Shown: positions 9,917 to 18,652 of the stretch, piece after piece
Numbering within the stretch: position 1 is the stretch's first letter
Layout: every line of letters begins with the position of its first letter
Source: Elusimicrobiota bacterium
GTDB taxonomy: Bacteria > Elusimicrobiota > Elusimicrobia > Elusimicrobiales > UBA9959
Assembly: GCA_036574205.1 (NCBI GenBank)
Contig: JAINCQ010000040.1
Span: forward strand, 32,001-96,000
Direction of reading: 5' to 3'
DNA: 64,000 nt
The notes under the pieces: model-generated
Told to the model about the DNA's origin: nothing
Seen by the model: the letters and a program-made list of their open reading frames with translations, nothing else
The model's database searches: none
Translations under genes and position numbers: made by a program

Positions 9917-11758
9917 TTATTTAGCTTTTGCAAGGGCAAAATAAAAAGTACTTCCCTTTCCCTTTTCAGATTCAAACCATATTCTTCCATTATGTTTTTC
10001 TATAATACTTTTGGCTATTGAAAGTCCAAGCCCTGTTCCATCTGTATTAAGCATGATATCTTTTGAACGATAAAATTTTTCAAAAATATATTTTTTATCT
10101 TCTTCACTTATTCCATAGCCGCTGTCTGAAACAGAAAATACCACTACACTGCCTCTGTCATGAATATTAACATTTACTTCAGAACCACCAGGTGAATACT
10201 TTATAGCATTATCTACAAGATTCATTACTGCCTGCAATATCCATCGTTTATCAACCATTACATAAACTTTATCTGAATTGTGATTAAAATTTATTTTTAT
10301 TTTTTTGAGATATGACTTAAACTGTAAGGATTTTAAAGAATTATCAACAATTTCAATTAAATCATTTTTTTCAAGCTCAATATCCTGCTCCGAGTTGAGT
10401 CTTGAAATATCAAGAAGATTTGTAACTATACCTATCAACCTGTCAGTAGCCTGACCTACCATATTTAGGAAAGCATTCTGCTGTTCATTCAACTCCCCCG
10501 CTTCTCCATTGAGCAATATTGAAACAAATCCCTTTATTGTAGTAAGAGGTGTTTTTATCTCGTGATTTATTGTTGAAATAAACTCATCCTTAATTTTATT
10601 AAGGTTAGCAAGATTGGCAGCATCTATAGAAATATTTCTATAAAGCTCAAATAAATTTACCATAACCGCCAATTCTTTTGAGATTATCTCCATTAACCTT
10701 ATATCATCCAATGAAATTTCTTTCTTCTCAGAAAATCCTGCGACAAGCACCCCGAACTTGTTTTTGGGACTATATATTGGTAAAATGACTGCGGTTTTTA
10801 TTTTATTATCAAGAAAAATCTTGTCTGATATATTCTTTTCATCATAAACGTAAAGAGTATTTTTATTAAGGAAAGATTTTACTATAAGCGAATCATAATC
10901 TCCAAGGTCTATTGAATAATTGGCTATATTTAAATTACCAGGGGCATAAGAATTAGGCGAAAGTTTTTTTTCCATTTCGTTATATGAATAATAAATGACA
11001 AATGTCGGTGTTATTGTGTTATATATCAACTCCACAAGATGTTTTATTGTTTTTCCCATATCATCTGAACTGAAACTTGTTATGCCTTCATAAAAAATTT
11101 TAGATTCCTTGCTTTTCTTTATAAGTCTTGAACCTTGATTTTCAAGTTCTTTAATTACGCTATCTATTTCTATTTTAAGCTTCTTGTTTTCATCAGAAAT
11201 TCTATATAAAGACTCATAATAATTATTTAAAAATCTAAAAAAAGAAAGCATAAATTTCAAATAATGTAAAATGCAATTTTTGTCTTCATCCCCTATATTT
11301 ATTGCGGAAATAATTTTTCTTGTAGATGTAAAAAGCGGCATAAGTATAAATTTTTTATGTTTACCTTCAAAAAGAGTACCTTTTTCCACCACAATAATAT
11401 CGTCCTTTATAGAAGATATGTTTTTTTCTATCTCAGAGAAATCTATTTCATCCCCCTCATTATTTACCCCTCCTATATAAGTCCATTGTCCATCTTTTTC
11501 CTCAAACAAATAAACTGATATATCTGAAAATATAGAAGTAAGCTTTATAAAAATCATGTTAATCAGATTGATATGGTCTTGCCTTGAAAGATTTGCAGAA
11601 ACAGAAAGGGTTGAAGAAACGAATTCATCAAACTTTACATAGAATTTATCAAGATATTCAATCCTGCTATATAAAGGAATAACCTGATAAAATTTTATAA
11701 ACCAATAGACAATAAAGACTAATACAACTATTATTGTAAAAACCGACAGGAAACTCAT
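9917..11758 (-). CDS. Membrane-anchored GAF-domain sensor histidine kinase (no adjacent response regulator)
   Basis: N-terminal TM helix, GAF-like region, H-box INHEIKTPL, N-box NLVDNAIKYS, DSGYGI, IFEKFYR, GTGLGL. Confidence 0.92.
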   Translation of the reverse strand: MSFLSVFTIIVVLVFIVYWFIKFYQVIPLYSRIEYLDKFYVKFDEFVSSTLSVSANLSRQDHINLINMIFIKLTSIFSDISVYLFEEKDGQWTYIGGVNNEGDEIDFSEIEKNISSIKDDIIVVEKGTLFEGKHKKFILMPLFTSTRKIISAINIGDEDKNCILHYLKFMLSFFRFLNNYYESLYRISDENKKLKIEIDSVIKELENQGSRLIKKSKESKIFYEGITSFSSDDMGKTIKHLVELIYNTITPTFVIYYSYNEMEKKLSPNSYAPGNLNIANYSIDLGDYDSLIVKSFLNKNTLYVYDEKNISDKIFLDNKIKTAVILPIYSPKNKFGVLVAGFSEKKEISLDDIRLMEIISKELAVMVNLFELYRNISIDAANLANLNKIKDEFISTINHEIKTPLTTIKGFVSILLNGEAGELNEQQNAFLNMVGQATDRLIGIVTNLLDISRLNSEQDIELEKNDLIEIVDNSLKSLQFKSYLKKIKINFNHNSDKVYVMVDKRWILQAVMNLVDNAIKYSPGGSEVNVNIHDRGSVVVFSVSDSGYGISEEDKKYIFEKFYRSKDIMLNTDGTGLGLSIAKSIIEKHNGRIWFESEKGKGSTFYFALAKAK

Positions 11759-13545
11759 ATAAGGTCTAATATAGCATTAAGATACATTGATTTGGCTTTT
11801 AATCTGTTCAGATATATCCATCCAGTCTTAATATTAAGACTTTCCATTATTTTTTCAGTAATATGCCTGAATTCTTCTTCTTTTGCGCTTAAAGCACTTG
11901 TTGGAGGTGGACCGATAACAACAAGCCCGTTTATATTTTTATCTACGACAAAATTTCCTATCTTAAAAGGAATTCCATATACCTCATCCGGATCATATTC
12001 CTCTACAAAAATATTTTTCCACGAGATATCCATAGATAAAGTTTTTGATAATTCTTCCTTCATTTTGTTAAAAACATAATTTACATAATTTTTCATGTTT
12101 TTAGGACAGAATACTCCCCCTTTATAAAAGCTTTCATCATCATTTGCAGCATAGAAATTGGCGCCGCTTATCTCCTTTTCAGAAGGAGAGCTCATATCAT
12201 CTTTTTCCCCTATAAGCATGGCAATAAGATCCTGATGCAAAAGAGATGGATTAAAAGGAGATATATATTTTTCTAACTTTTTCATTCTAAAAAGTATTTT
12301 ATTTACGGTTCTAAAGTCCATATTCTTAACAACAAAAAAATTCTTTATGTGATCTTCAGAAAGTTTAATATCCATATTAGTCAATATCTGATTTAATATC
12401 ATTCTATATGTCTGCGGATTAGGAGGCTTTATATCAACCATCCATCCCTGAGAAAATTGTATGCCTAACATATTCTCAAGCGGCTCAAGCTCCTGAGGAG
12501 AAAAAAGCGATGAAAAAACAACCTGTTTATTTGATTGCATGGAATTGTTTATAACCTTGGATATAAAAGATTTATTTTCTTTATTTATGAGCATTAAATG
12601 TATATCATCTATTATTATAACCTTACAATCATTTATAATTTTCTCAAGGCTATCAAGAAATGAATTCTTTATTGCAAGATTAACCCCCATAGAAAACTTT
12701 ACACCACTTGTAACGAATATATCCTTCTGCCCAATTGTTGAGGAAAGCCCATAAGACATTGAATGTATAAAATGAGATTTTCCATTGCCGCGAGGGCCAT
12801 ATATCAAAATCGGATTATACATTACGCCTGGGTTTTCAACAACCGCCATAGCTGCTGCATGAGCGAAACGGTTATGAGAAGCAGTTATTAGAGTTTGAAA
12901 ACTGAGCGTGGGATTTAAAGGAAGTTCTATGGACCATTTAAGTCTCAAGCTTTCTATGACCGTTTTATTTACTTTTGTCTGGCTCTTTTTAGCTTTTTCA
13001 TCCTTTTCTTTTCCTTCTTCCTCTGCACTTTTTTTTATCTTATCTAAACTCATTCTCATTGATTGAGACGCAGGCACAGCTGGACCAAAAGATTTGATAA
13101 CTTTTCTATCTGTTTCTTCCTTCCCTTTTTCTTGAGGTTTTGCCTCAACTATTGGCGGTTTTGTATCCTCTATATTACGTTGCTGGGCTTTAACTTCAAG
13201 ATCTGGCATCGGGATAGACAATGAATCAACCTCATTATTTTTAACAGATCCAGCACTAACAAAATCAACCTGAGCATTTGAAACGACAGTACTAGATTCC
13301 GTATCTGTAATTCTTCCACTAGTTATCTCTTCTATAGTTTTCCTTAGTTTTTTATCTACTTCTTCATTAAAATCAAAAAGATATATTAAGAAATTATAAT
13401 CAGAAGAAATTATTCTTTCAGGCCTTGAACATACTGCACCTAATTTTTTAACTATTTTTAAAATATCCTTTAATTCACACTTAAGCAAAAGCATATATTT
13501 GTTTTCTGAGTCTTTAACCTTTGAAGTCTCCCATTTACTAATCAT
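11755..13545 (-). CDS. DnaA/Hda-family AAA+ domain protein with non-DnaA N- and C-terminal domains
   Basis: LNPTLSF...NRFAHAAAMAVVENPGVMYNPILIYGPRGNGKS (Walker A), IIIDDIH (Walker B), MVDIKPP; no recognisable domain IV helix-turn-helix. Confidence 0.85.
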   Translation of the reverse strand: MISKWETSKVKDSENKYMLLLKCELKDILKIVKKLGAVCSRPERIISSDYNFLIYLFDFNEEVDKKLRKTIEEITSGRITDTESSTVVSNAQVDFVSAGSVKNNEVDSLSIPMPDLEVKAQQRNIEDTKPPIVEAKPQEKGKEETDRKVIKSFGPAVPASQSMRMSLDKIKKSAEEEGKEKDEKAKKSQTKVNKTVIESLRLKWSIELPLNPTLSFQTLITASHNRFAHAAAMAVVENPGVMYNPILIYGPRGNGKSHFIHSMSYGLSSTIGQKDIFVTSGVKFSMGVNLAIKNSFLDSLEKIINDCKVIIIDDIHLMLINKENKSFISKVINNSMQSNKQVVFSSLFSPQELEPLENMLGIQFSQGWMVDIKPPNPQTYRMILNQILTNMDIKLSEDHIKNFFVVKNMDFRTVNKILFRMKKLEKYISPFNPSLLHQDLIAMLIGEKDDMSSPSEKEISGANFYAANDDESFYKGGVFCPKNMKNYVNYVFNKMKEELSKTLSMDISWKNIFVEEYDPDEVYGIPFKIGNFVVDKNINGLVVIGPPPTSALSAKEEEFRHITEKIMESLNIKTGWIYLNRLKAKSMYLNAILDLI

Positions 13546-13548
13546 AAA

Positions 13549-14679
13549 TCACCTTACAATTAACTCCATTATTAATTCTAACGCTATGCTTCTATTAAAA
13601 TTATTTTTTTTGAAATTAACGAAATAAATATTATTATGAGAAAGCGCATTTTCTATTTCATACTTTTTCTCCATAGGCAACTCACCTATAAGGACAACAG
13701 CACAGACTTTCTCCTCTTTTGAATTTAAAAGCACAGAATCAGCGTTAAGATCGTCACTATACGGCAAAACAAAAGCCCTTTTTACAAACATTGGCTTATC
13801 TTTTGAGCTAAGACATATCTCATCTATTGTTTTAAGAGCCTCTTTAAAAACCTCTTCGTCTGAGCCATAAATAAACCCTACACTTTTTATACGTTCAGGT
13901 AAAACCTCAGGTGGTGGTTGTAAAGAAAGATATTTATTTAATTCCATGGAAAATTCAAGGTTTATATTAGAATTAGAGTTTTCATGTCCCATAGTAGCAG
14001 ATACATCGTTTTTTTCAATATCTAAAGCTAACGTTTCTTCAGATTTTTTTATATTATCTTCTAAAACAGGACTAAATTCAATAATTTCATCAGGTTTATT
14101 TTCTTTTAATCCCTCCGACAGGTTTATATCCAGGTTAATATCTTTTTCAATTTTTTCATCATTCTTTTCTTCGGTCTTAACCTCAACACCAACACTATCT
14201 TCATTTGTGTTTACAGAAATATCTTCTTTTTCCTTTTCTCTTTCCAAATTTTGACTATTATCAGCCGTCTGTAAAACAACATCAGAACCTTCCTCCTTAG
14301 TTTCATTGTTATTTACTTGTTCTATATTTTCAGATTTGACCTCAGTTTGATTTACATCTACTTTTTTTTCATCTTTATTTTCAGAAATAATAGTATGGTC
14401 AAACAACTGGATATCATCTAAATTAATATCATCGGTTGTTTTTTTAGAATCATCAGAATTTTCATTCTCGTTATTAATCTTGGAGGTATCAGCGTTTATC
14501 TTTTTTGTCTCTTCTTCCACCAATTGTTTGTCTTTGTTTAAATCAGTCAATTCTTCTTTCTCTTCTGAAGTTTTTTTAACACTATCAAGGACTTCCGGCA
14601 TTTTATCAAGCAAAGAATTCAAATCATTTAAAATATCATCAAAAGACCTTTTTTTATTTTTATCATCACTATTATCCAT
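13549..14679 (-). CDS. Hypothetical protein: N-terminal amphipathic helix, long acidic disordered linker, C-terminal alpha/beta domain
   Basis: 376-aa ORF with GGAG SD; D/E/N/K-rich middle; ordered C-terminal ~115 aa. Confidence 0.8.
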   Translation of the reverse strand: MDNSDDKNKKRSFDDILNDLNSLLDKMPEVLDSVKKTSEEKEELTDLNKDKQLVEEETKKINADTSKINNENENSDDSKKTTDDINLDDIQLFDHTIISENKDEKKVDVNQTEVKSENIEQVNNNETKEEGSDVVLQTADNSQNLEREKEKEDISVNTNEDSVGVEVKTEEKNDEKIEKDINLDINLSEGLKENKPDEIIEFSPVLEDNIKKSEETLALDIEKNDVSATMGHENSNSNINLEFSMELNKYLSLQPPPEVLPERIKSVGFIYGSDEEVFKEALKTIDEICLSSKDKPMFVKRAFVLPYSDDLNADSVLLNSKEEKVCAVVLIGELPMEKKYEIENALSHNNIYFVNFKKNNFNRSIALELIMELIVR

Positions 14680-14817
14680 ATCTATATCTCCAAAAATAGT
14701 ATTTTCTAGAGCTAAACTGTTACCAATATAAATTATACAATTTATTTAATTCATATTTCAGGATCTTTTATGTTTTAGTTTTCGCATAATAAATTCCTAA
14801 AATGTTATAATAATTTT

Positions 14818-16236
14818 ATGATAACAATTAATAATTTAAACCCAAATTTAAGAAAAGCGCAATATGCCGTGCGTGGCAAAATACTTCAACGGGCTTATGA
14901 ACTTGAAAAAAAAGGGAGAAAAATAATTTATTGCAATATAGGAAATCCTCAGGCTTTAAAACAAAAACCTATTACATATGTCAGGCAACTTTTAGCTCTT
15001 ACTGAATACCCATCTCTAATAGACAATCAAAAAAGAGGACTTTTTTTTAATGATGTAATAAAAAAAGCAAAACAAATATTGAAAGAAAATCCAAATGGAC
15101 TTGGAGCCTATACCCAAAGCGAAGGAATGCCCTTTATTAGAAAATCTGTGGCTGAATTTATAAAAAAGCGTGATACAATAGATGCTACTCCAGAGAGGAT
15201 AATTTTAACAGATGGGGCTTCAAAAGGAATTCAGGCAGTTTTTACCCTTTTAATAAAAAATTCAAACTCAGGCTTTATGATCCCGATTCCTCAGTATCCC
15301 CTTTATAGCGCTACAATAGCATTATATGGAGCAAAACAAATAAATTACTATTTAGACGAAGATAAACACTGGGAACTTAATGAGAATGAACTAAAATCAA
15401 GCATTAATGAGGCAGTTAAAAATAAAATAGAACCAGTTGCTATAGTGGTTATAAATCCAGGCAATCCAACAGGGGCTGTTCTTTCAAAAGAAAACATAAA
15501 AATGATAATAAACTTTGCAAGGAAATATAATCTTTCAATACTGGCAGATGAAGTTTATCAAGAAAATATATATAGTTCCAAACATTCCTTTCATTCTTTT
15601 GCTAAAGTAATGTCGGAGATGAAAATAACAGACGTTCCATTATTCAGTTTTCATTCAACCTCAAAAGGCTTTTTTGGTGAATGTGGACATAGAGGTGGAT
15701 ATCTTGAAACAAGAAATGTAGGAGATGATGTATATTATGAAATAATAAAACTTCAATCCATAGGGCTTTGCGCAAATACAGCAGGTCAAATTGTTACTTA
15801 TGCAATGGTCAATCCACCTCAAAAAAATGAAGATAGTTATGAGTTATACATGAAAGAGAAAAATTCAATACTTTCAGAACTTAAGAAAAAAGCTGAAATA
15901 CTGGGGGAGGAATTAAATAAAATAGAAGGGGTTTCCCTTAAAATACCATATGGTGCAATGTATGCTTTTGTAAAAATAGACTTACCCCAACCAAAGGATA
16001 TTAATTTTAAAAATATGACTCAAAAAGAGATTGTTGAGTATGAATCAAAAAGAGATTTTGATTACTGCCTTAATCTGCTTGAAGAAACAGGCATATGCGT
16101 GGTCCCGGGGTCTGGATTTGGTCAGAAACCTCATACATATCACTTCAGAACTACATTTTTGCCGCCATTAGAGGAAATAAAGTATTTTGTAAAAAAATTT
16201 AAAAACTTTCACTTTAATTATTTAAAAAAAATATAA
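14818..16236 (+). CDS. Alanine aminotransferase (eukaryote-like AlaAT/GPT subfamily)
   Basis: QYAVRG, CNIGNPQ, PIPQYPLYSA, NPGNPTG, HSTSKGFFGECGHRGGY, VVPGSGFGQ..TYHFRTTFLP. Confidence 0.88.
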   Translation: MITINNLNPNLRKAQYAVRGKILQRAYELEKKGRKIIYCNIGNPQALKQKPITYVRQLLALTEYPSLIDNQKRGLFFNDVIKKAKQILKENPNGLGAYTQSEGMPFIRKSVAEFIKKRDTIDATPERIILTDGASKGIQAVFTLLIKNSNSGFMIPIPQYPLYSATIALYGAKQINYYLDEDKHWELNENELKSSINEAVKNKIEPVAIVVINPGNPTGAVLSKENIKMIINFARKYNLSILADEVYQENIYSSKHSFHSFAKVMSEMKITDVPLFSFHSTSKGFFGECGHRGGYLETRNVGDDVYYEIIKLQSIGLCANTAGQIVTYAMVNPPQKNEDSYELYMKEKNSILSELKKKAEILGEELNKIEGVSLKIPYGAMYAFVKIDLPQPKDINFKNMTQKEIVEYESKRDFDYCLNLLEETGICVVPGSGFGQKPHTYHFRTTFLPPLEEIKYFVKKFKNFHFNYLKKI

Positions 16237-16272
16237 CAAATTAGTTTCTAAATAAGGTAAAATTTATTTAAT

Positions 16273-16360
16273 GGGCTGGTGGCGGAATTGGTAGACGCGA
16301 CGGACTTAAAATCCGTTGGCTGATTAAACAGCCGTGCGGGTTCGAGTCCCGCCCTGCCCA
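16273..16360 (+). tRNA. tRNA-Leu (anticodon TAA), CCA end not encoded
   Basis: Cloverleaf: D arm GGCGGAATTGGTAGACGC, anticodon arm ACGGA-CTTAAAA-TCCGT, long variable arm GGCTG/CAGCC, T arm GCGGG-TTCGAGT-CCCGC, discriminator A. Confidence 0.96.
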
Positions 16361-16373
16361 CTGCTGGTACTAA

Positions 16374-16611
16374 GTCATGGCGGTAAGCCATGACGTGGGT
16401 GAGGACTGCCTTTAGAGCGAAACCTCAAATGGTTTTGCGTGCAGTCCGCAAGGCCGCAGTTCGCCCTGGGCATACAGGCGAACGAGGCGGGGTCGCGCAA
16501 AGCCCGCCAGGCTTATGCGTGACTCGAAAGCCCGCAGCAAAACTTGGGCAATACAGTTTTGCGAGGGGCGGCCCGCAAAAAATTTTGCGGTTAGCAAAAT
16601 TTATTTGTGGG
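16374..16611 (+). ncRNA. GC-rich multi-hairpin structured element downstream of tRNA-Leu (unclassified ncRNA or ssDNA element)
   Basis: Six consecutive hairpins found by eye; two share flanks and loop but have different, fully pairing stems; strand and RNA nature are inferred. Confidence 0.6.
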
Positions 16612-16630
16612 AGAATTCCTTTGACATATT

Positions 16631-16795
16631 AAAATCTCTTCCCCCTTAACTCTTCTCACCCTAACCATCTCCAAAAAGGAGAGGGGATATGGCAGTTAAA
16701 CCGTCTAAGGAAGATAAAATCAGTTTTTCTTTGGCTTAAGAAAACAATTATCCACAGTTTAATTATGGCCGTGGAAAATTAGTGGATGTTGTTTT
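16631..16795. repeat. Intergenic repeat modules B-C-A, copy 2
   Basis: Matches 4768-4815, 4920-4970 and 4648-4701, in a different order. Confidence 0.9.
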
Positions 16796-17672
16796 ATGGC
16801 TGACTGTTCTTATAAAACTGGCCAATATGTTTCTGATATTTTGCAAAAATATTTTTAAATTTAAGAAAATCACTAAATTTTTTAATAAAGTATGAACTTA
16901 TTAGAGAAAATCCAAAAAGGCAAATAATTGTAGCACCTGTAGGAGTATCCAGTTTAACTGACAGAAAAATTCCAGCTGACATTATTAACAATCCTGAAAT
17001 CCAGGAAAATATTACTCTTTGTTTTATCGTTGAAAAGAATATAATAGACATAGCAGCTGGTATTATTAAAAAATTGAAAACAAGAAAAACTCCTGCAACT
17101 TCAACTGAACTTGTTACCACCATTCCAAACAAAACATAGAATAAAAAATCCCAGAAACGAATATTTAAGGATTTTTCGGCTTTTTGTGGCTCAAAAGAAA
17201 TCATTATAAACTTTTCTCTGAAGATATAGTGCAGTATACCTATGAAAGAATAAAGAAGGGCAGTTTTAATTATCTGGGGCCAGGAAACAAAAAGTATGTT
17301 TCCTACCAGCATCTCCTTTAAATGTTCAGCCTCTTTTGGCATTCTATCAAGCAATAAAACACTTAAAGCTGCGCTAACTACATATACTATTCCTATTATT
17401 GCCTCCTGTGGAATTTCCTTTATCTTTTTAGCTCTGGAAAAAGAAAAAATAAATGCCCCAATAAGAGTAAAGGAAAAAGATGTGATATATGAACCTAAAC
17501 TGTGAAGCTGAAAACCCAATAGTATCCCAAATATAGCTCCACATGCAGCAAGCTGTGCTAAAGCTAAATCAACAAATATAACACTCCTTTTAAGTATATG
17601 AAGACCTAAGTAAGAATGTATACCTATAAGTATAGTTGAAATAACAAAAGCTGGTAGAATTATTTCAATCAT
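16794..17672 (-). CDS. Mn/Zn ABC-3 family (ZnuB-like) permease
   Basis: Polytopic membrane protein; GLHILKRSVIFVDLALAQLAACG, EAIIGIVY, AGVFLVFNFLIIPA; start at 17672 after GGAGG. Confidence 0.88.
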   Translation of the reverse strand: MIEIILPAFVISTILIGIHSYLGLHILKRSVIFVDLALAQLAACGAIFGILLGFQLHSLGSYITSFSFTLIGAFIFSFSRAKKIKEIPQEAIIGIVYVVSAALSVLLLDRMPKEAEHLKEMLVGNILFVSWPQIIKTALLYSFIGILHYIFREKFIMISFEPQKAEKSLNIRFWDFLFYVLFGMVVTSSVEVAGVFLVFNFLIIPAAMSIIFFSTIKQRVIFSWISGLLIMSAGIFLSVKLDTPTGATIICLFGFSLISSYFIKKFSDFLKFKNIFAKYQKHIGQFYKNSQP

Positions 17673-17699
17673 AAAACCTCCATTTATAAAAAATAACAA

Positions 17700-18587
17700 T
17701 TACCTGTTTTGCAAAATCCTTTCTATTATTGTGTCAAAAAGCGATATGTAATCAGCTGTTTCTTTTTCTCCGCCAACTGAAGAAGGTAAAACTATCACCT
17801 TTGCCGATGTTTTTTTAGCTATTTCAGTAGCAGCTTTAAGAGGGTAAAAATTATCAACTAAGATAATATTTACATTCTCTTTTTTGATAAGCTCTATTAA
17901 ATATAAGATATGATTTGCATTGGGAGGCATTCCAGGTTTTGGTTCTATATTGGCAACAAGATCAAGATTAAAAGCCTTAGCAAAATAAACCCAGGAATTA
18001 TGATATGTTATTATTTTTCTATTTTTAAGTACCTTCATTTTTTCTTTCCATTCATTTATTTTAAAATCCAGCTTATTACAAAACTCAATGTAATTTTTTT
18101 CAAAATATTCTTTTCTTTCAGGTTTAATAGCTAAAAGAGCATTTTTTATATTTTTAGCTATTATCTTTCCATTTTCAGGATCAAGCCAATAATGAGGATT
18201 GCCAAATATGTGTATATCACCCATTGAACCATCTATACGATGTTGGGGCTTTTGCAGTATTTCAATTCCAACAGAAGCATCAACATAACCTTCTCTTCCA
18301 TAAAACAATTTTTTATTTCTTGCCGCATTTATAAGAGAATCAAGCCACATATCAAAATCAAGCCCTATCTTAACTACCATATCTGCTTTTTTCAGTTTAA
18401 ATACCATGCTCGGTCTTGGCTCTATCATATGTAAGTCAAAATTTCCAGAAGTAAGCGATTCAACATCAACTTCATCTTTTCCAACAAACTCTGCAATACT
18501 TTTTAAGTCCCAAGATGAAGTTACAATCTTTATCTTAGCTAAAAGAGGTGAATAAAAAAGAAATAAAATTAAAAAAAGATTTCTCAT
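17700..18587 (-). CDS. Zn/Mn ABC substrate-binding protein (ZnuA/TroA cluster A-I)
   Basis: Signal peptide; DLHMIEP, GDIHIFGNPHYWLDP, YHNSW, IEPKPGMPP. Confidence 0.92.
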   Translation of the reverse strand: MRNLFLILFLFYSPLLAKIKIVTSSWDLKSIAEFVGKDEVDVESLTSGNFDLHMIEPRPSMVFKLKKADMVVKIGLDFDMWLDSLINAARNKKLFYGREGYVDASVGIEILQKPQHRIDGSMGDIHIFGNPHYWLDPENGKIIAKNIKNALLAIKPERKEYFEKNYIEFCNKLDFKINEWKEKMKVLKNRKIITYHNSWVYFAKAFNLDLVANIEPKPGMPPNANHILYLIELIKKENVNIILVDNFYPLKAATEIAKKTSAKVIVLPSSVGGEKETADYISLFDTIIERILQNR

Positions 18588-18652
18588 ATAAACTCCTTTT
18601 AAATTTAAAATATGCTGTTTTATGACCAGGGAGTTGCCCTGGCTATAAATAT

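Noticed and set aside
11755..13545. Calling this gene dnaA
   Set aside because: No domain IV helix-turn-helix, altered sensor I and Arg finger, and no dnaN/gyrB context.
16390..16632. 80-aa (+) and 61-aa (-) ORFs after the tRNA
   Set aside because: By-products of the GC-rich hairpin element; composition unlike the host genes.
16748..16756. Perfect DnaA box TTATCCACA as evidence for oriC
   Set aside because: It is a single box inside repeat module A, is mutated in the other copy (TTATCCAAA), and has no box cluster.
4648..16795. CRISPR array
   Set aside because: The repeats occur as two dispersed copies with no regular repeat-spacer periodicity, and no cas genes are present.
18626..18642. 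Hairpin CCAGGG-AGTTG-CCCTGG as a terminator or riboswitch
   Set aside because: No U-tract follows on the coding strand and it is too small; at most an mRNA stability element.
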